From contig JAULAX010000010.1 of assembly GCA_032654565.1 (NCBI GenBank), positions 215,104 through 279,103 of the forward strand: a stretch of DNA of 64,000 bases. Direction: 5' to 3'. The notes under the pieces were generated by a model, which had not been told where the DNA came from, did no database searches, and saw only the letters and a program-made list of their open reading frames with translations. Both the position numbers and the translations under genes were made by a program. Positions 9,971 through 19,356 of this stretch are shown here, in pieces. Origin of the DNA: Anaeromyxobacteraceae bacterium. GTDB taxonomy: Bacteria; Myxococcota; Myxococcia; Myxococcales; Anaeromyxobacteraceae. The first letter of the stretch is position 1, and every line of letters begins with the position of its first letter.

Positions 9971-12271
9971 GTGCCCCCCACCCCGCCTCCCGGCCCGCGC
10001 CCCCGCGCCGCGCCGCTCCGGCTCCTGCTCCTCGCCCTGCTGCTGGGGCTGAGCGCCGGGACCGGCTGGCTGCTGGCCCCCCCGGGGATGGACCGGCTCC
10101 CCGGCCCCGAGGCGCTCGGGGCGCCGTCCCCCGCCACCTTCCGCGCCGACCAGGACGTCGACGTCGTCGACCTCGACGCCACCGCCCGGCGCCGGGCCGA
10201 GGCGGCCGACCAGGAGCGCCCGGTCTACGACCACGACGAGGCGGCCGACGACGAGGCGGCGGCCCGCATCCGCTCCGCCTTCTCGCTGATGCGGGAGGAG
10301 GAGGCCGCCCTCCGCCAGCAGCAGGCCGTCGCCAGCCTCGCCGAGCTGCTCCCCCGCTTCGCCGCGCAGCGCGGCGCCTTCGTGGCCCGGCTCCAGCTCC
10401 TGGTCCGCGACCCCGACTTCGCCGCGCTGGCCGCGGCCCGCTTCTCCGAGCCGGTGGAGCGCGAGCTGGCCGGGCTGGCGCGCAAGGGGCTGAGCGGGCT
10501 GGTGGTGCTGGACCAGGCGCTGCTCCCCGACGACCGGGAGGCCGGCTTCGTGGTCCGGACCGTCCGCTCGGGCCGCCTGACCGGGGAGGGGATGCTCACC
10601 GACCTGGCGCAGGTGAGGACCGTGGCCACGGCGCGGCAGGAGGTGGCCGCGGCCGCCGGGGCCCGGCTGGCCGGCCAGCCCCCGTCGCTGCGCGCCGCCC
10701 TGCTCCACCTGGCCTCGGAGTCGGTGCACCCCACGCTGGTGCACAACCAGGGCGAGACCGAGCGGCGGCGCGCCGAGGCCGCGGCCCGGGTCAAGCCGGT
10801 GGGGGTGACGGTGCGGCGCGGCGAGCGGGTGGCCGCCGAGGGGGAGCGGCTCCAGCCCGAGCACCTGGCGGTGTTCGAGGCGCTGCGGTCGGCGCACGCC
10901 GGGCGGGACCCGTGGCGGATCCGGCTGGCCGGGGCCCTGGCCGTGGCGCTGCTGCTGGCGGTGGCGTGGCGGCTGGCGGCGGCGGCCCGGGCCGGGGCCC
11001 GCCCGCGGGTGGGAGCCCGCGACGGCCTGCTGGCGGCGGCGCTGCTGGCCGGCGCGCTGCTGGCCGGGTTCGGGGTCAACGCCCTGGCCGGCCTGCTGCA
11101 GGACCACCTCCCCGGCCTCCCCCGGCCGCCGCTCCTCTACCTGGTGCCGGCCGCAGCGGTGGCGGTGCTGGCGCGGGAGCTGCTCGGCACCTCGGCGGCC
11201 ATCCTGCTGGCGCTGGTCACCAGCCTGGTGCTCGGCCTCACCGCCGGCGCCTCGATCCCGCTGGCGCTCCACGCCGCGGTGACCTCGCTGGCCGCCCTCG
11301 GCTTCGGGGGCCGGCGGCGGGAGCCCTGGGCGCTGGTTCGCGGCGCCGCCGCCACCGGCCTCTCCGGCGCGCTGGTGGCGGTGGCCATGGCGCTGCACGC
11401 CGGCACCCGCACCCCCGAGCTGCTGCTCTCGGCGGGCGCGGCGCTGATCGGCGGCGCCCTGCTGGCGCCGCTGGCGGTGACCCTGGCCCTGCCGCCCCTG
11501 GCCCGCCTGCTCGGCTTCGTCACCGACCGGCAGCTGCTGGCGCTCGCCAACCTCAACCACCCGGCGCTCAAGGAGCTGATCGTCCAGGCCCCCGGCACCT
11601 ACCGCCACTCCATCGTGGTCGGCGCCCTGGTGGAGGAGGCGGCGCTGGCCATCGGCGCCGACCCGCTGCTGGCCCGGGTGGGCGCCTACTACCACGACCT
11701 CGGCAAGATCCGGACGCCGCTCCTCTTCGCCGAGAACCAGCGCGATCACAACGAGCACGACGAACTGCCGCCGCCGACCAGCGCCATCGCCATCAAGCGC
11801 CACCTCGACGACGGCCAGGAGGTGGCGCGGCGCTGGCGCCTGCCGGCCGAGATCCGCGCCTTCATCGGGCAGCACCACGGGACCCGCCTGGTCGGGTACT
11901 TCTGGGCCAAGCAGCGGCGCCTCGCCGAGGCGGGGGGGGCGCCCGCCGACGAGAGCACCTTCCGCTATCCGGGGCCGAAGCCGCAGACCCGCGAGGTGGC
12001 GCTGGTGATGCTGGCCGACGCCTGCGAGGCCAGCGCCCAGCTGGCCGACCCGGCCGGCGCCGGGGGGCTCCGGGCCCTGGTGGACCAGCGCTTCGCCGAG
12101 ATCGTCGCCGAGGGGCAACTGGACGACTGCGAGCTGACCCAGCGCGACCTGGTGCTGGCGGCGGAGGCCATGGCCCGGGCGCTCCGCTCCAACGTCCAGG
12201 CCCGGCCGGAGCGGCCGCCGCGGGCGCCCCTCGAGCCGCCCGGGGCCATCCACCTGGTGCGGACCCCGTGA
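9971..12271 (+). CDS. 7TM-HD (HDIG) phosphohydrolase, PgpH-like
   Basis: Extracytoplasmic domain, 7TM region, APGTYRHS, YYHDLGK, QHHGT, FRYPGPKPQ, MLADACEA. Start uncertain. Confidence 0.88.
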   Translation: MPPTPPPGPRPRAAPLRLLLLALLLGLSAGTGWLLAPPGMDRLPGPEALGAPSPATFRADQDVDVVDLDATARRRAEAADQERPVYDHDEAADDEAAARIRSAFSLMREEEAALRQQQAVASLAELLPRFAAQRGAFVARLQLLVRDPDFAALAAARFSEPVERELAGLARKGLSGLVVLDQALLPDDREAGFVVRTVRSGRLTGEGMLTDLAQVRTVATARQEVAAAAGARLAGQPPSLRAALLHLASESVHPTLVHNQGETERRRAEAAARVKPVGVTVRRGERVAAEGERLQPEHLAVFEALRSAHAGRDPWRIRLAGALAVALLLAVAWRLAAAARAGARPRVGARDGLLAAALLAGALLAGFGVNALAGLLQDHLPGLPRPPLLYLVPAAAVAVLARELLGTSAAILLALVTSLVLGLTAGASIPLALHAAVTSLAALGFGGRRREPWALVRGAAATGLSGALVAVAMALHAGTRTPELLLSAGAALIGGALLAPLAVTLALPPLARLLGFVTDRQLLALANLNHPALKELIVQAPGTYRHSIVVGALVEEAALAIGADPLLARVGAYYHDLGKIRTPLLFAENQRDHNEHDELPPPTSAIAIKRHLDDGQEVARRWRLPAEIRAFIGQHHGTRLVGYFWAKQRRLAEAGGAPADESTFRYPGPKPQTREVALVMLADACEASAQLADPAGAGGLRALVDQRFAEIVAEGQLDDCELTQRDLVLAAEAMARALRSNVQARPERPPRAPLEPPGAIHLVRTP

Positions 12272-12822
12272 TCGAGAGCCGCAGCAGCCACCCCCGGGGC
12301 GCCGCCCAGGCCCGGCGACTGGCCGGGCGGGCCAGCCGGTACCTCCGGCTCCTGGCTCGACCCGAGGCGGGCCTCTCCATCCTGGTGGTCACCGACGGCG
12401 TCATCCGCGGCCTGAACCGGCGCTGGAGGGGGCACGACAAGGCCACCGACGTGCTCTCCTTCCCCTTCGCTGAGCCGCCCGGAGGTGGGCCGCACCTGGG
12501 CGACGTGGTAGTGTCGCTCGACACGGCCAGCCGCAGGGCCCGATCGGAGCGACGGCCGCTGGCCGCCGAGCTGGATCGGTACCTCGCCCACGGCCTCCTC
12601 CACCTGCTCGGGTTCGATCACGAGCAGCCGGGGGAGGCGAGGCGGATGGCGGCGCAGGAGGCCGCGTTGATGGGGGCCCACGGGCTGGTGGGCGAAACCT
12701 TGAAGGAGCAGGGCACGACCGGATGGATCCCTTCGCGGACATCGACCTCGACTCGGAGTCGGTCTGGCTCGACGGCACCTGGTACGCGCGCGACCACCTC
12801 GCGCAGCGCATCAAGGAGATGA
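12268..12822 (+). CDS. ybeY: rRNA maturation endonuclease YbeY
   Basis: LNRRWRGHDKATDVLSFP, LGDVVVS, HGLLHLLGFDH. The 3' tail overlaps the next gene by 100 nt. Confidence 0.9.
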   Translation: MIESRSSHPRGAAQARRLAGRASRYLRLLARPEAGLSILVVTDGVIRGLNRRWRGHDKATDVLSFPFAEPPGGGPHLGDVVVSLDTASRRARSERRPLAAELDRYLAHGLLHLLGFDHEQPGEARRMAAQEAALMGAHGLVGETLKEQGTTGWIPSRTSTSTRSRSGSTAPGTRATTSRSASRR

Positions 12823-13127
12823 TCGAGGCCGGCGACTTCCGGGTGGCCCGGCCGTCGCAGGCGCTGGAGCGGCTGGAGGCGGCGCTCGGGCAGGCCCAGG
12901 TGGTGAACGTGCGGATGCCGTCCGACCTGGCCGAGGCCGCCCAGTCCACCGCCGATCGCCTGGGGCGCCCGGTGGGCCACCTCATCCGCGAGGCCATCGC
13001 CTATTACCTCGCCGCCGCGGCCGCCTACGGCGCGGCCCAGGGCCGCGCGGCGACCGAGGCCGGCGCCACGTCGGGCCAGGCCGGTGCGCCCCGGCCCGCC
13101 GAGGGCGGCGACCCCAAGCGGACCTGA
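12723..13127 (+). CDS. Conserved hypothetical protein with ribbon-helix-helix-like segment
   Basis: AAGGAG upstream; VVNVRMPSDLAEA...GRPVGHLIREAIAYYL resembles a CopG/RHH fold. Confidence 0.65.
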   Translation: MDPFADIDLDSESVWLDGTWYARDHLAQRIKEMIEAGDFRVARPSQALERLEAALGQAQVVNVRMPSDLAEAAQSTADRLGRPVGHLIREAIAYYLAAAAAYGAAQGRAATEAGATSGQAGAPRPAEGGDPKRT

Positions 13128-13134
13128 GGCCCTG

Positions 13135-14790
13135 ATGCGCCGCTTCGCCCCGCTCCTCGCGGCCATCGGCTCGGGCGCCGCGGTGGCGCTGTCGCTCCCG
13201 CTGGTGGTGCCCTGGATCTCCCTGCGCGAGCTCGATCCGGCCGGCTGGGCCGGGTCGCTGGCCTGGGTGGCGCTGGTCCCGCTGCTCTGGGCGCTGGGCC
13301 GGGTGGAGACGCTCCGGGCCGCGGCCGGGCTGGGGTTCGCCGCCGGGCTGGCCTGCTTCTACTCCGCCATCCACTGGGTCAGCCATGCCATGACCGCCTT
13401 CGGCGGCCTGCCCGGCTGGGTGGCCTTCATCGGCCTCTCGGCGCTGGTGGCCTTCATGGCGGCCCACTGGGCCCTGGTGGCGGCGGTCTCCTTCGCGGTG
13501 CGGCGCGCCCTGGGCTGGCCGCTCTGGGTCCACCTCCCCTTCACCTGGACCGCGGCCGAGCTGCTGCGCAACCACCTCATCACCGGCTTCCCCTGGGCCA
13601 ACCTCGGGTACACCCAGGTGCGCACCCTCCCGGTGGCGCAGCTGGCGGCGCTGGGAGGGGTCTACGCCATCGCCTGGCTGGTGGCGCTGGTGAACGCGGC
13701 GCTGGCCGAGGCGCTGGGGGCGCGCCTGGCCGGGAGGCCGCTCCCCTGGCGGCTGCTGGGCGGCGTCGGGGCGGCGCTGGCGCTGGTGGCGGCGGGCGGC
13801 GCCTGGCGGCTCCGGACGCTCCGCGCCGAGATGGCCGGCGCGCCGTCGATCGAGGTGGCGGTGGTGCAGGTCAACCTCGACCAGGGGGCCAAGAACCGGG
13901 CCCGCGACCACGTCGAGAGCGTGCTGGGCCGCCTGCTGCCGCCCACCCAGCAGGCCGACGCCGAGGGGGCCGAGCTGATCGCCTGGCCGGAGGCGGCCTT
14001 CCCGGCCTACGCCCGCCCCACCACCACCAGCTTCGCCGGCGGACGGGCCCGGTTCCCGCCGCTGCGGCAGGCCCACCTGCTGCTGGGCGCCGCCACGCTG
14101 GAGGAGCTGCGCGGCCCCGGCGGGGAGTCGCTGCTCAAGGTGGAGAACAGCACCTTCCTGGTCGGCCCCGACCTGGCGGTCAAGGGGCGCTACGTGAAGC
14201 ACCACCTGGTCCCCTTCGGCGAGTACGTGCCGCTGGCCGACTGGCTCCCCTTCCTGCGCCAGGTGGTGCCGGGCATGGCGCCGTCCAGCCCGGGCGGGGC
14301 GCTCAACCTGCTCCAGTTCACCGGTCGTGACGGGGCACCGGTGCGGGTGGGCTCGATGATCTGCTTCGACGCCATCTTCCCGGAGATCGGGGTGGCCCTG
14401 GCGCGGCAGGACCCCGACCTGCTGGTCAACCCCACCAACGACGCCTGGTACGGGTACTCCTCGGGCCCCTACCAGTTCCTCGACATCGTCCGGCTGCGGG
14501 CCGTGGAGACCGGCCGCGCCATCGCCCGGCCCGCCTACTCCGGGGTGTCGGCGCTCATCCTCCCCTCCGGGGAGCTGCTCCCCGGCGCCCTGGAGATCGG
14601 GCCGGTCGACCCGGAGCTGGCCCCGGATCCCGAGGAGCCGTCCCGGGTGCTGCGCGGGCGGCTCCCCCGGCTCCACGGCTTGACGCCGTATGCCCGGGTC
14701 GGCGATCTCTTCGCCGGCGCCTGCGCCGTCCTCTCCCTGGCGGCGCTGGCCGCCGCCTGGCGGGCCCGCCGCGCCGCCGCCTCACGCTAG
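13135..14790 (+). CDS. lnt: Apolipoprotein N-acyltransferase
   Basis: TGFPWANLGYTQ, WPEAA, KHHLVPFGEYVP, ICFDAIF, TNDAWY, RAVE. Confidence 0.95.
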   Translation: MRRFAPLLAAIGSGAAVALSLPLVVPWISLRELDPAGWAGSLAWVALVPLLWALGRVETLRAAAGLGFAAGLACFYSAIHWVSHAMTAFGGLPGWVAFIGLSALVAFMAAHWALVAAVSFAVRRALGWPLWVHLPFTWTAAELLRNHLITGFPWANLGYTQVRTLPVAQLAALGGVYAIAWLVALVNAALAEALGARLAGRPLPWRLLGGVGAALALVAAGGAWRLRTLRAEMAGAPSIEVAVVQVNLDQGAKNRARDHVESVLGRLLPPTQQADAEGAELIAWPEAAFPAYARPTTTSFAGGRARFPPLRQAHLLLGAATLEELRGPGGESLLKVENSTFLVGPDLAVKGRYVKHHLVPFGEYVPLADWLPFLRQVVPGMAPSSPGGALNLLQFTGRDGAPVRVGSMICFDAIFPEIGVALARQDPDLLVNPTNDAWYGYSSGPYQFLDIVRLRAVETGRAIARPAYSGVSALILPSGELLPGALEIGPVDPELAPDPEEPSRVLRGRLPRLHGLTPYARVGDLFAGACAVLSLAALAAAWRARRAAASR

Positions 14791-14801
14791 GAGTCGTCCA
14801 C

Positions 14802-15921
14802 ATGGCCGCCCCCACCGCCGAGCTGCTCGCCGACCTGACCCGCCGCCTCGATGGGCTCCGGGGGTCGCTTTGACGTCGAGCGCAAGCGCCACCGGGTCGC
14901 CGAGATCGCCAAGCTCTCCGAGTCGGCCGAGTTCTGGGGTGACAACGCCAGGGCCCAGGCGCTGCTGAAGGAGAAGGCCCAGCTGGAGCAGGTGGTGGGG
15001 GCCAGCGACCGGGTGGCCCGCGCCCTCGAGGACGCCGCGGCGCTGCACCAGCTGGCCGAGGAGGCGCGGGACGAGACTGTCCGCCTGGAGGCCGCCGCCG
15101 CCGCCGCCGGCGTGGCCGGCGAGCTGGAGGGGCTGGAGTTCGAGAAGATGCTCTCCGGGCCGCACGACCGGGCCGGGGCCATCGTCGAGGTGAAGAGCGG
15201 CGCCGGTGGCGTCGAGGCCATGGACTGGGCCGCCATGCTCTACCGGATGTACGTCCGCTACTGCGAGCGCAAGGGCTGGACCATCGAGCCGGCCGACATG
15301 GTGGCCGGCGAGGAGGCCGGCATCAGCCAGGGCTCCTTCTTCGTGCGCGGCGAGTTCGCCTACGGCTTCCTCAAGGCCGAGAAGGGGGTGCACCGGCTGG
15401 TGCGCATCAGCCCCTTCGACCAGAACGCCCGGCGCCAGACCAGCTTCGCCGCCGTGGACGTCACCCCGGAGATCGACGACGACATCGTCATCGACATCAA
15501 GGAGGCCGACGTCCGCATCGACACCTACCGCTCCTCGGGCGCCGGCGGCCAGAAGGTCAACAAGACCGACTCGGCGGTGCGCATCACCCACCTGGCCACC
15601 GGCATCGTGGTGGCCATGCAGAACGAGCGCAGCCAGCAGAAGAACCGCTCCATGGCCTGGAAGATCCTGCGCTCCCGCCTCTACGAGTACGAGGAGAAGC
15701 GGCGGCAGGTGGTCCTCGACGCCGCCGAGGCCCAGAAGAAGGACATCGACTTCGGCTCGCAGATCCGCAGCTACGTGCTGCAGCCCTACCAGATGGTCAA
15801 GGACCTGCGCACCGGGGTGGAGACCGGCAAGGTCGAAGACGTCCTCGACGGCGACCTGGAGGGGCTGATCCGGCCCTGGCTGATGGGCGTGCGGCGGACC
15901 GACCGGGCGGTGGAGGACTAG
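14802..15921 (+). CDS. prfB: Peptide chain release factor 2 (programmed +1 frameshift)
   Basis: ATG 14802, 23 codons to CTT TGA C (14868-14874), preceded by GGGGG; continues in the +1 frame with SPF and GAGGQ motifs. Confidence 0.97.
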
Positions 15922-15975
15922 GAGCTCCCCAGCCCGGCTGGCCCGGCCACTCCGTGACCGGGTTCGGGCCTCCCG

Positions 15976-16869
15976 CTACCGCGGCGTGAAGACGATGGGC
16001 TGGCGGGCCTGGGTGAAGCGGTCGATGCTCTCGATGGCCCAGCCGGGCAGGCCGAAGAGCTTGACGCCGCAGCCGGGCGGCTGCCGGCCGGTGGTGGCGC
16101 TCTTCTCGCGGATGAAGGCCACCTCGCCGTCGAGGTCGACCTTGCGGCCGTCGGCCAGCCCCAGGCGCACCTGCAGGCGGGTGCCCAGGGTCGGGGGGAG
16201 GGCGGTGGCGATGAAGACCCCGCCGGAGTCGATGCGGCGGGTGGGGCCCACGTAGAAGTTGTGCTCCGACACCAGCGAGACGTTGACCTCGACCCGGGTC
16301 GGCTGCGGCCGCGACTTGGGCTCGTCGACCAGCTCCTCGTCGATGAGGGCCATCAGGTCGATGGTCGGCACCGGGGTGTTGCGGACCGGCTGCGGCGATC
16401 CGGACTCGGAGAGCGCCACCGGGTCGAAGGGCGGACCCGGGGGCGGGGGCGGGCGGGGCGGGGTGGCCGCCTGGCCGACCAGGCCGCCGCCCACGGCGCG
16501 CTCCACCACCAGCAGCGGGCGCGCCATCACCTCGGCGCGGGAGAAGGCCCGCTCGGCCCCGGCCACCGCGGCCAGCGGCTCCACCAGGTCGCGCGACGGG
16601 CCGACCATGACGATGCGGACGCCGACCCGGGCGGCGCCGGCCGCCGCGGTCAGGGCGGTGCCCCAGGTCGAGTCCGGCGAGGAGGGGAGCACCAGCACCA
16701 CGGCGTGGGGGGCCACCACCCGCATGAAGGGCTCCAGGTCGGCGGGACCCGGCAGGCAATAGACCGCGAAGCCCGCACGCTCGAGGTGCAGGTGAAGCGC
16801 GGTCGAGACGTCGGCGTCCGAGCCCACGACCAGGACGCGCGACGCCACCGGGGCGCCGGCGGGGCTCAC
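15976..16869 (-). CDS. Degenerate receiver domain plus myxobacterial PilZ-type (TIGR02266-like) domain protein
   Basis: N-terminal RVLVV...LHLERAGF without a phosphoacceptor Asp; C-terminal SEHNFYVG...SGGVFIAT...GEVAFIRE...PGCGVKL. Confidence 0.7.
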   Translation of the reverse strand: MSPAGAPVASRVLVVGSDADVSTALHLHLERAGFAVYCLPGPADLEPFMRVVAPHAVVLVLPSSPDSTWGTALTAAAGAARVGVRIVMVGPSRDLVEPLAAVAGAERAFSRAEVMARPLLVVERAVGGGLVGQAATPPRPPPPPGPPFDPVALSESGSPQPVRNTPVPTIDLMALIDEELVDEPKSRPQPTRVEVNVSLVSEHNFYVGPTRRIDSGGVFIATALPPTLGTRLQVRLGLADGRKVDLDGEVAFIREKSATTGRQPPGCGVKLFGLPGWAIESIDRFTQARQPIVFTPR

Positions 16870-17978
16870 GCGGTGCGGCCTCCAGTCTCCATCATGATGC
16901 GGCGCTCCAGGTCGGCGCGGTTGGTGGCGTTGCCGAGCGCGGTGTCGAGGGAGATCTTCTTGGCCTCGTGCAGGCGGTAGAGGTACTGGTCGAAGGAGTG
17001 CATCCCCAGGTCGGTGCCGGCGCCCTCCATGTAGGCCCGCAGCTCGTCGACCTTGGAGCCGTTGCGGATCAGCTCGCGCACCGTGGACGTGGAGAGCAGC
17101 GCCTCGACCGCGGGGATGAGCCCGGAGGCGTCGGCCCGCATCAGCAGGCGCAGCGCCACCACCGCCTGCAGGTTGTCGGCGAGCCGGGCCCGCACCGTCT
17201 CGTGCTCGTCGGAGGGGAAGAGCCCCACCAGCCGGCCGATGGCGCGCGGCACGTCGGGGGTGTGCAGCGAGGTGATGACCAGGTGGCCGGTCTCGGCGGC
17301 CTTCAGGCAGATGTCGGCCGACTCCCGATCGCGCAGCTCGCCCACCATGATGATGTCCGGGTCCTGGCGGAGCGCGGCGCGGAGCGCGTCGGAGTAGCTG
17401 GCGGTGTCCGAGCCGACCTCGCGCTGGATGGCCAGCCCCTTGCCGCCGGGGAAGATGAACTCGATGGGGTCCTCCACCGTCACCACGTGCAGCCGCTCCT
17501 GCTGGATGATGTGGTTGATGATGGCGGCGATGGTGGTCGACTTGCCGTTGCCGGTGGCGCCGGTGACGATGACCAGGCCGCGGCGGGCCTCGGAGATGGT
17601 CCGGATCACCGGGGGCAGGTTGAGCGGGTCGAAGTCGGGGATGGCGAAGGGGATGGTCCGCATCACCGCGCCCCAGCGGTTCCGCTGCTTGAAGATGGAG
17701 GTCCGGAACCGGGAGACCCCGGTGAGCGAGTAGCTCCGGTCCACCTCGCGGAAGTCGAGGGGGGTGTAGCCCGAGCCGGGCGCCTGGAGCACGAAGCCGG
17801 CGATGGCCTCGGTGTCGGCCTCGGTGAGCGGGGGGTACTTCGCCGCCAGCAACTCCCCGAACACCCGGTAGGTGGGGGGATAGCCGACCTCGAAGTGGAC
17901 ATCACTCGCCTGGCGCTTCACCGCCAGCTGCAGCAGCGAGTGGAACATTTCCTCAGTGAGGGGACCTTGACCTTCCAT
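16866..17978 (-). CDS. pilT: PilT/PilU-family type IV pilus ATPase (paralogue)
   Basis: ASDVH, GATGNGKSTT, TVEDPIEF, QREVG, ALRQDPDIIMVGELRD, AAETGHLV, GMHSFDQ. Confidence 0.88.
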   Translation of the reverse strand: MEGQGPLTEEMFHSLLQLAVKRQASDVHFEVGYPPTYRVFGELLAAKYPPLTEADTEAIAGFVLQAPGSGYTPLDFREVDRSYSLTGVSRFRTSIFKQRNRWGAVMRTIPFAIPDFDPLNLPPVIRTISEARRGLVIVTGATGNGKSTTIAAIINHIIQQERLHVVTVEDPIEFIFPGGKGLAIQREVGSDTASYSDALRAALRQDPDIIMVGELRDRESADICLKAAETGHLVITSLHTPDVPRAIGRLVGLFPSDEHETVRARLADNLQAVVALRLLMRADASGLIPAVEALLSTSTVRELIRNGSKVDELRAYMEGAGTDLGMHSFDQYLYRLHEAKKISLDTALGNATNRADLERRIMMETGGRTA

Positions 17979-18012
17979 GGTGCCCGCAGCTTACGCGGGA
18001 CCCGGCCCGCGG

Positions 18013-18047
18013 AAAAGCGAAAGGCCGCACGGTCTCCCGTTCGGCCT
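18013..18047 (-). terminator. Intrinsic terminator
   Basis: Minus strand AGGCCG-A-ACGG-GAGA-CCGT-G-CGGCCT followed by TTCGCTTTT. Confidence 0.7.
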
Positions 18048-18249
18048 CTCCAACCCGGCGCGGACGCGCCACTTCGGACTCCCGCCAGGCCTGGGATCAG
18101 GCCGGGACGGGTGGGAGGTGTGGAAGCTCCGTCCTCACTTCCACATGGACGTACGACTGGAGGTGGACCTCGCGACTCGAGCTGATGGAGTGGAGCATCG
18201 TCATCACGTGGTCGGTGAACGGCCTCCGGCGGGAACATGGGCCGATCTT

Positions 18250-18265
18250 TGCGAGCCGCGTGCCA
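18250..18265 (-). promoter_or_regulatory. Putative sigma54 (-24/-12) promoter
   Basis: Minus strand TGGCACG-CGGC-TCGCA versus consensus TGGCACG-N4-TTGCW (1 mismatch). Confidence 0.6.
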
Positions 18266-18438
18266 CGACCCCCTGTCGAAAGGGTGCCAGCAAGATCGAG
18301 GTCTTACCCGGCGTCACCGGGCCGGGAAGCGAGGACCGCGCAGGGGTCCGGGAACCACAGGGTCAAGGGAGACCCCGGCCTGGGTACCCGCGCGTTTTCG
18401 CCTCCCGCTTTTTCCCAAGCGTCCCTATGGTGTCGGCC

Positions 18439-19344
18439 ATGTTCGCCACCGTCGAGGCGGTCGAGGAGGGGCTCTCCGGGCAGGGGTACCTGCCGTCACG
18501 TGAAATCGCCACCTCGGTCTTCCTGGCCGATCGGCTGGAGAAGCCCCTGCTGGTGGAGGGGCCGGCCGGCGTCGGCAAGACCGAGCTGGCGAGAGCCTGG
18601 GCCAGCGCCTCCGGGCGGGAGCTGATCCGGCTGCAGTGCTACGAGGGGCTCGACGAGGCCAAGGCCATCTACGAGTGGGAGTACTCGAAGCAGCTCCTCT
18701 ACACCCAGCTGCTCAAGGACCGGGTCGGGGAGGCGGTGGCCGGCGCCGCCTCGCTGGCCGAGGCGGCCGACCGGATCGCCGCCCAGGGGAACGTCTTCTT
18801 CAGCGAGCGCTTCCTGCTGCCGCGACCCATCCTGCAGGCGGTGCGCGCCGAGCGGCCGGTGCTGCTGCTGGTGGACGAGATCGACAAGGCCGACGAGGCG
18901 CTGGAGGCCTTCCTCCTCGAGATCCTCTCCGACTGGGCGGTGACGGTCCCGGAGCTGGGGACGCTGCGCGCCAAGGTGGTGCCGAGGGTGGTGCTCACCT
19001 CGAACGCCACCCGCGAGCTCTCCGACGCCCTGCGCCGGCGCTGCCTCCACCTGCACGTCGACTTCCCCGGGCAGGAGCGGGAGCTGGCCATCGTGCGGTC
19101 GCGGGCCGGCGAGGCCTCCGAGGCGCTGGCCAGGCAGGTGGTGGCGGCGGTGGCCCGGCTGCGCACCATGGACCTTCGCAAGGCCCCGTCGGTGGCCGAG
19201 GCCATCGACTGGGCCCGGGCGCTGGTGGCGCTCGGCCTGGAGCGGCTCGACCCCGCGGCCCTGCTGCAGACGCTGGACGTGGTGGTGAAGCACGAGGCCG
19301 ACGCCGAGCGGGTGCGGTCACGGGCCGGCGAGGTCCTGAGGTAG
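18439..19344 (+). CDS. MoxR-family AAA+ ATPase (CoxD-like)
   Basis: PLLVEGPAGVGKTELA, RLQCYEGLDEAKAIYEWEY, LLVDEIDKAD, LTSNATRELSDALRRRC. Confidence 0.9.
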   Translation: MFATVEAVEEGLSGQGYLPSREIATSVFLADRLEKPLLVEGPAGVGKTELARAWASASGRELIRLQCYEGLDEAKAIYEWEYSKQLLYTQLLKDRVGEAVAGAASLAEAADRIAAQGNVFFSERFLLPRPILQAVRAERPVLLLVDEIDKADEALEAFLLEILSDWAVTVPELGTLRAKVVPRVVLTSNATRELSDALRRRCLHLHVDFPGQERELAIVRSRAGEASEALARQVVAAVARLRTMDLRKAPSVAEAIDWARALVALGLERLDPAALLQTLDVVVKHEADAERVRSRAGEVLR

Positions 19345-19356
19345 GATCGGCGGCCC

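Noticed and set aside
17977..18438. 154-aa N-terminal extension of the MoxR ATPase
   Set aside because: Atypical codon usage; homology starts at MFATVEAV; the region holds opposite-strand promoter and terminator signals
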